Assembly (NCBI RefSeq): GCF_963921235.1
Contig: NC_086097.1
Coordinates: 205,904,001-205,968,000, forward strand
Length of the DNA stretch: 64,000 nucleotides
Direction of reading: 5' to 3'
Source of the DNA: Mobula hypostoma
Taxonomy: Eukaryota
Shown here: positions 61,870 to 64,000 of the stretch, piece by piece
Position numbering within the stretch: position 1 is the first letter of the stretch
How the letters are laid out: each line of letters begins with the position of its first letter
Notes under the pieces: model-generated
The model's database searches: none
Seen by the model: only the letters and a program-made list of their open reading frames with translations
Told to the model about the DNA's origin: nothing
Position numbers and translations under genes: made by a program

Positions 61870-63493
61870 TCCTGAAGTGACAGAGTGAGAAAGTCGATAG
61901 TTGACCTCCTTGCGTGAAAACCACATTGGGACTCAGGGTAGACCCCTTCTGCCAGAGTTTGTAGATGTGCCAGAGTTACACGAGCAAAGACTTTGCTGAC
62001 AATACTCAGGAGGGAGATACCCCTGTAGTTGTTGCAGTCACTCCTATCACCCTTGTTCTTGTACAAAGTGACGATTTTGGAGTCGCGCATATCCTGTAGT
62101 ACGGCTCCTTCCTTCCAGCGCTGATGGAAGACCTCGTGTAAAGGTTGGAGAAGTGAGCTCTTGCAGTGCTTGATCAGGTCTAGAGGAATCCCATCACTGA
62201 CAGGAGCTTTCCCTGGGGCCAGACTGTCAATTGCCTTGCTGAGGTCCTCAATGGCTGAGCTAACAACAACATTTTCCCTTGAGCAGACCTCAGAGTAGTG
62301 TTCTACCCAGCATTCCATCTCCTTGCTTTTATCAGTGATTATTTCACCGCTGGATAACTTCGGGGTGCTGTCTTGCTCTGCAATGGGCCAAGGGCCTTCT
62401 TGATACCATCATATGTCGATCTAATGTTGCCTGTCACAGCTGCTGTCTGATTCTCCTCACTGAGCTGGAGCCAGTACTCACTTGTGCACTGCTTTGTGGT
62501 CTGTTGTACTTTGTTTCTAACAGCTCGAAGTGCCTGGAGTGTTTGGTCAGGTGGTGAGCACTTGTACTCTATGGGAGCTGCACGCTTGGCTTCGATGACA
62601 GGAGTCATGATGTTGGACTTTGCCTCAAACCAGTCACTGCTCTTTGTGGTCTTTCTTCCAAAGATAGTGTTGATTAGTGGATGGTGTCACAAAGGTGTGA
62701 CCATTGTTCTGTTGCAGTATCTCCTTGTGAGGAGGTAGTCATAGCACACTGTACCAACTTGGCAAACTGGTCAACCTTTTCTGACTGTTTCATCTCTGTT
62801 GTGTTGATGCGAGGTTTTCCAGTTTGTTTGGAGTGGTGGATTTTCTTCGGACGTAGTTTGATCATGCAGCACGCCTAAGCATGATCCGTATCACAGTCTG
62901 CACTGTGGTATGAACGGGTGATTAGTACAGAGTTGATGAAAGAGTGCCTGGTGATGATCATGTCTAGTTGGTGCCAGTGTTTAGACCATGGATGTCACCA
63001 TGAGATCTTGTACTGCGACTTCGTCTGAAAGTGGGAGTTAGTTACACACAGGCCGTGATAGGAGCAGAACTCCAGGAGCCGTTGTCCACTGTCATTTATT
63101 TTGTCAGTTCCAAAGTGGCCAAGACAAGACGGCCCGGAATCATTATCGGCTCCCACTCTGGCGTTAAAGTCACCAAGGAGAATGAGGTGCTCACCACTGG
63201 GAATATTCCTGACAACAGCTTCTAATTTTTCGTAGAACATGTCTTTTGCCTCAGATGTGGAGTTCAAGGTAGGGGCATACACACTGACGAGAGATACTGG
63301 ACTGTGACTGGTGTGTAGGCGGAGAGTTATAAGTCGTTCTGATCCATTTTCTGGTGGCTCCACCATTTGCAACAAGGCGTTCCTAACGGCAAAACCCATT
63401 CCATGCTTGCAGGACTTGACTTGGTTCTTTCCCAGCCAGTAAAACGTGTAGTCCCTTTCCTTCAGTGTACCTGAATCCACCAAACATGTTTCT

Positions 63494-63504
63494 TGTGTGT
63501 GTGC

Positions 63505-63549
<45 letters not shown>
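63494..63549. repeat. (TG)n microsatellite, the (CA)n tail of the adjacent element
   Basis: Read directly; one gcgc interruption. Confidence 0.95.
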
Positions 63550-63551
<2 letters not shown>

Positions 63552-64000
63552 GCCTCCGTCGATCGTGGTCGACCATGGGTGCTGCTCCTTTGGTAGTCGC
63601 TGAGAGTGGCCTCTCCAGGGCGCAAGCCAGGTCAGAGTTGAAATGGAGATTCATCAGTTGCCCATGCAGTGGGACACCCCTCTCCTGCCACAGCTGCTGT
63701 CTGAATGTCCTCAATGAGCTGGAGCCAGTACTCACTTGTGCACTGCCTTGCGGTCTGTGCACTTTGCTTCCAACAGCTCGAAATGCCTGGAGTGTTTGGT
63801 TGGATGCGTGAGCGCTTATACCCTGTGAGAGCTGGTGGTGGTGACAGGCTTGGCATGCTGGTGACAGGTCCAAAGGAATGACGAAAGTCGATACAGTTTG
63901 GTGCCAGCAGCATCGCAGGAGTTGCCATGCCGGTGCTGGGTACAGCAGTCAGCTGCCTTCGGGACTCCAACTCCAGATTTTTCCTCGCGGTTTACTCCCA
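63495..64000 (-). mobile_element. Non-autonomous RTE derivative inserted in the RTE endonuclease region (runs off the window)
   Basis: RTE-type tail ccatggtcgaccacgatcgacggaggcc(CA)n; body shared with the SINEs; 63688-63805 copies RTE ORF 62433-62550; 63880-64000 is related to 480-570. Confidence 0.8.

Larger units (their letters stand above)
59320..63494 (-). mobile_element. RTE (BovB-like) LINE, endonuclease to 3' (CA)n tail, with three nested insertions
   Basis: Endonuclease QET...VSVYAPT...LLGDFNARVG; RT NYRGISLLSIVSKVFARV, LQEKCREQ, MLFANDAA; LLYGSETW, LRWLGH; C-terminal CSNCGRAC...SHSRRC. Confidence 0.93.

Noticed and set aside
62995..63873. 292-aa ORF with an HT repeat and endonuclease domain, as a novel gene
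   Set aside because: Chance in-frame read-through from the inserted element across its (CA)n tail into the RTE endonuclease.

Overview
Eukaryotic, non-genic-looking vertebrate DNA. The repeat spectrum suggests a cartilaginous fish, probably a ray; this is inferred, not verified. No host protein-coding gene, rRNA, true tRNA gene or CRISPR array was recognised. About 70% of the window (rough manual boundaries) is transposable-element derived and heavily nested. It holds many CR1 LINEs, Rex1/Babar, L2, three RTE-type LINEs, a fish-type L1, a young RNase H-bearing Nimb/I-group LINE and an internally deleted HERO element. It also holds a decayed chromodomain Gypsy element, two solo LTRs of one family, a Tc1 IR/DR transposon, a Tigger/pogo derivative, tRNA-SINEs and Penelope-derived repeats. 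All long ORFs are TE-derived. Most interesting signals: (i) an RTE-dependent set of non-autonomous elements with different heads but a shared body and RTE 3' tail, one carrying a decayed HDV-like ribozyme fold (197-326); (ii) decayed minimal hammerhead ribozyme motifs in Penelope-derived repeats; (iii) a solo LTR with an aberrant 12-bp target duplication; (iv) a hairpin with 105-bp arms in the Tigger derivative; (v) an internal inversion in the Gypsy pol; (vi) a strong CTCF motif. Boundaries were read by eye and are approximate unless a target-site duplication (TSD) or terminal inverted repeat (TIR) is quoted.
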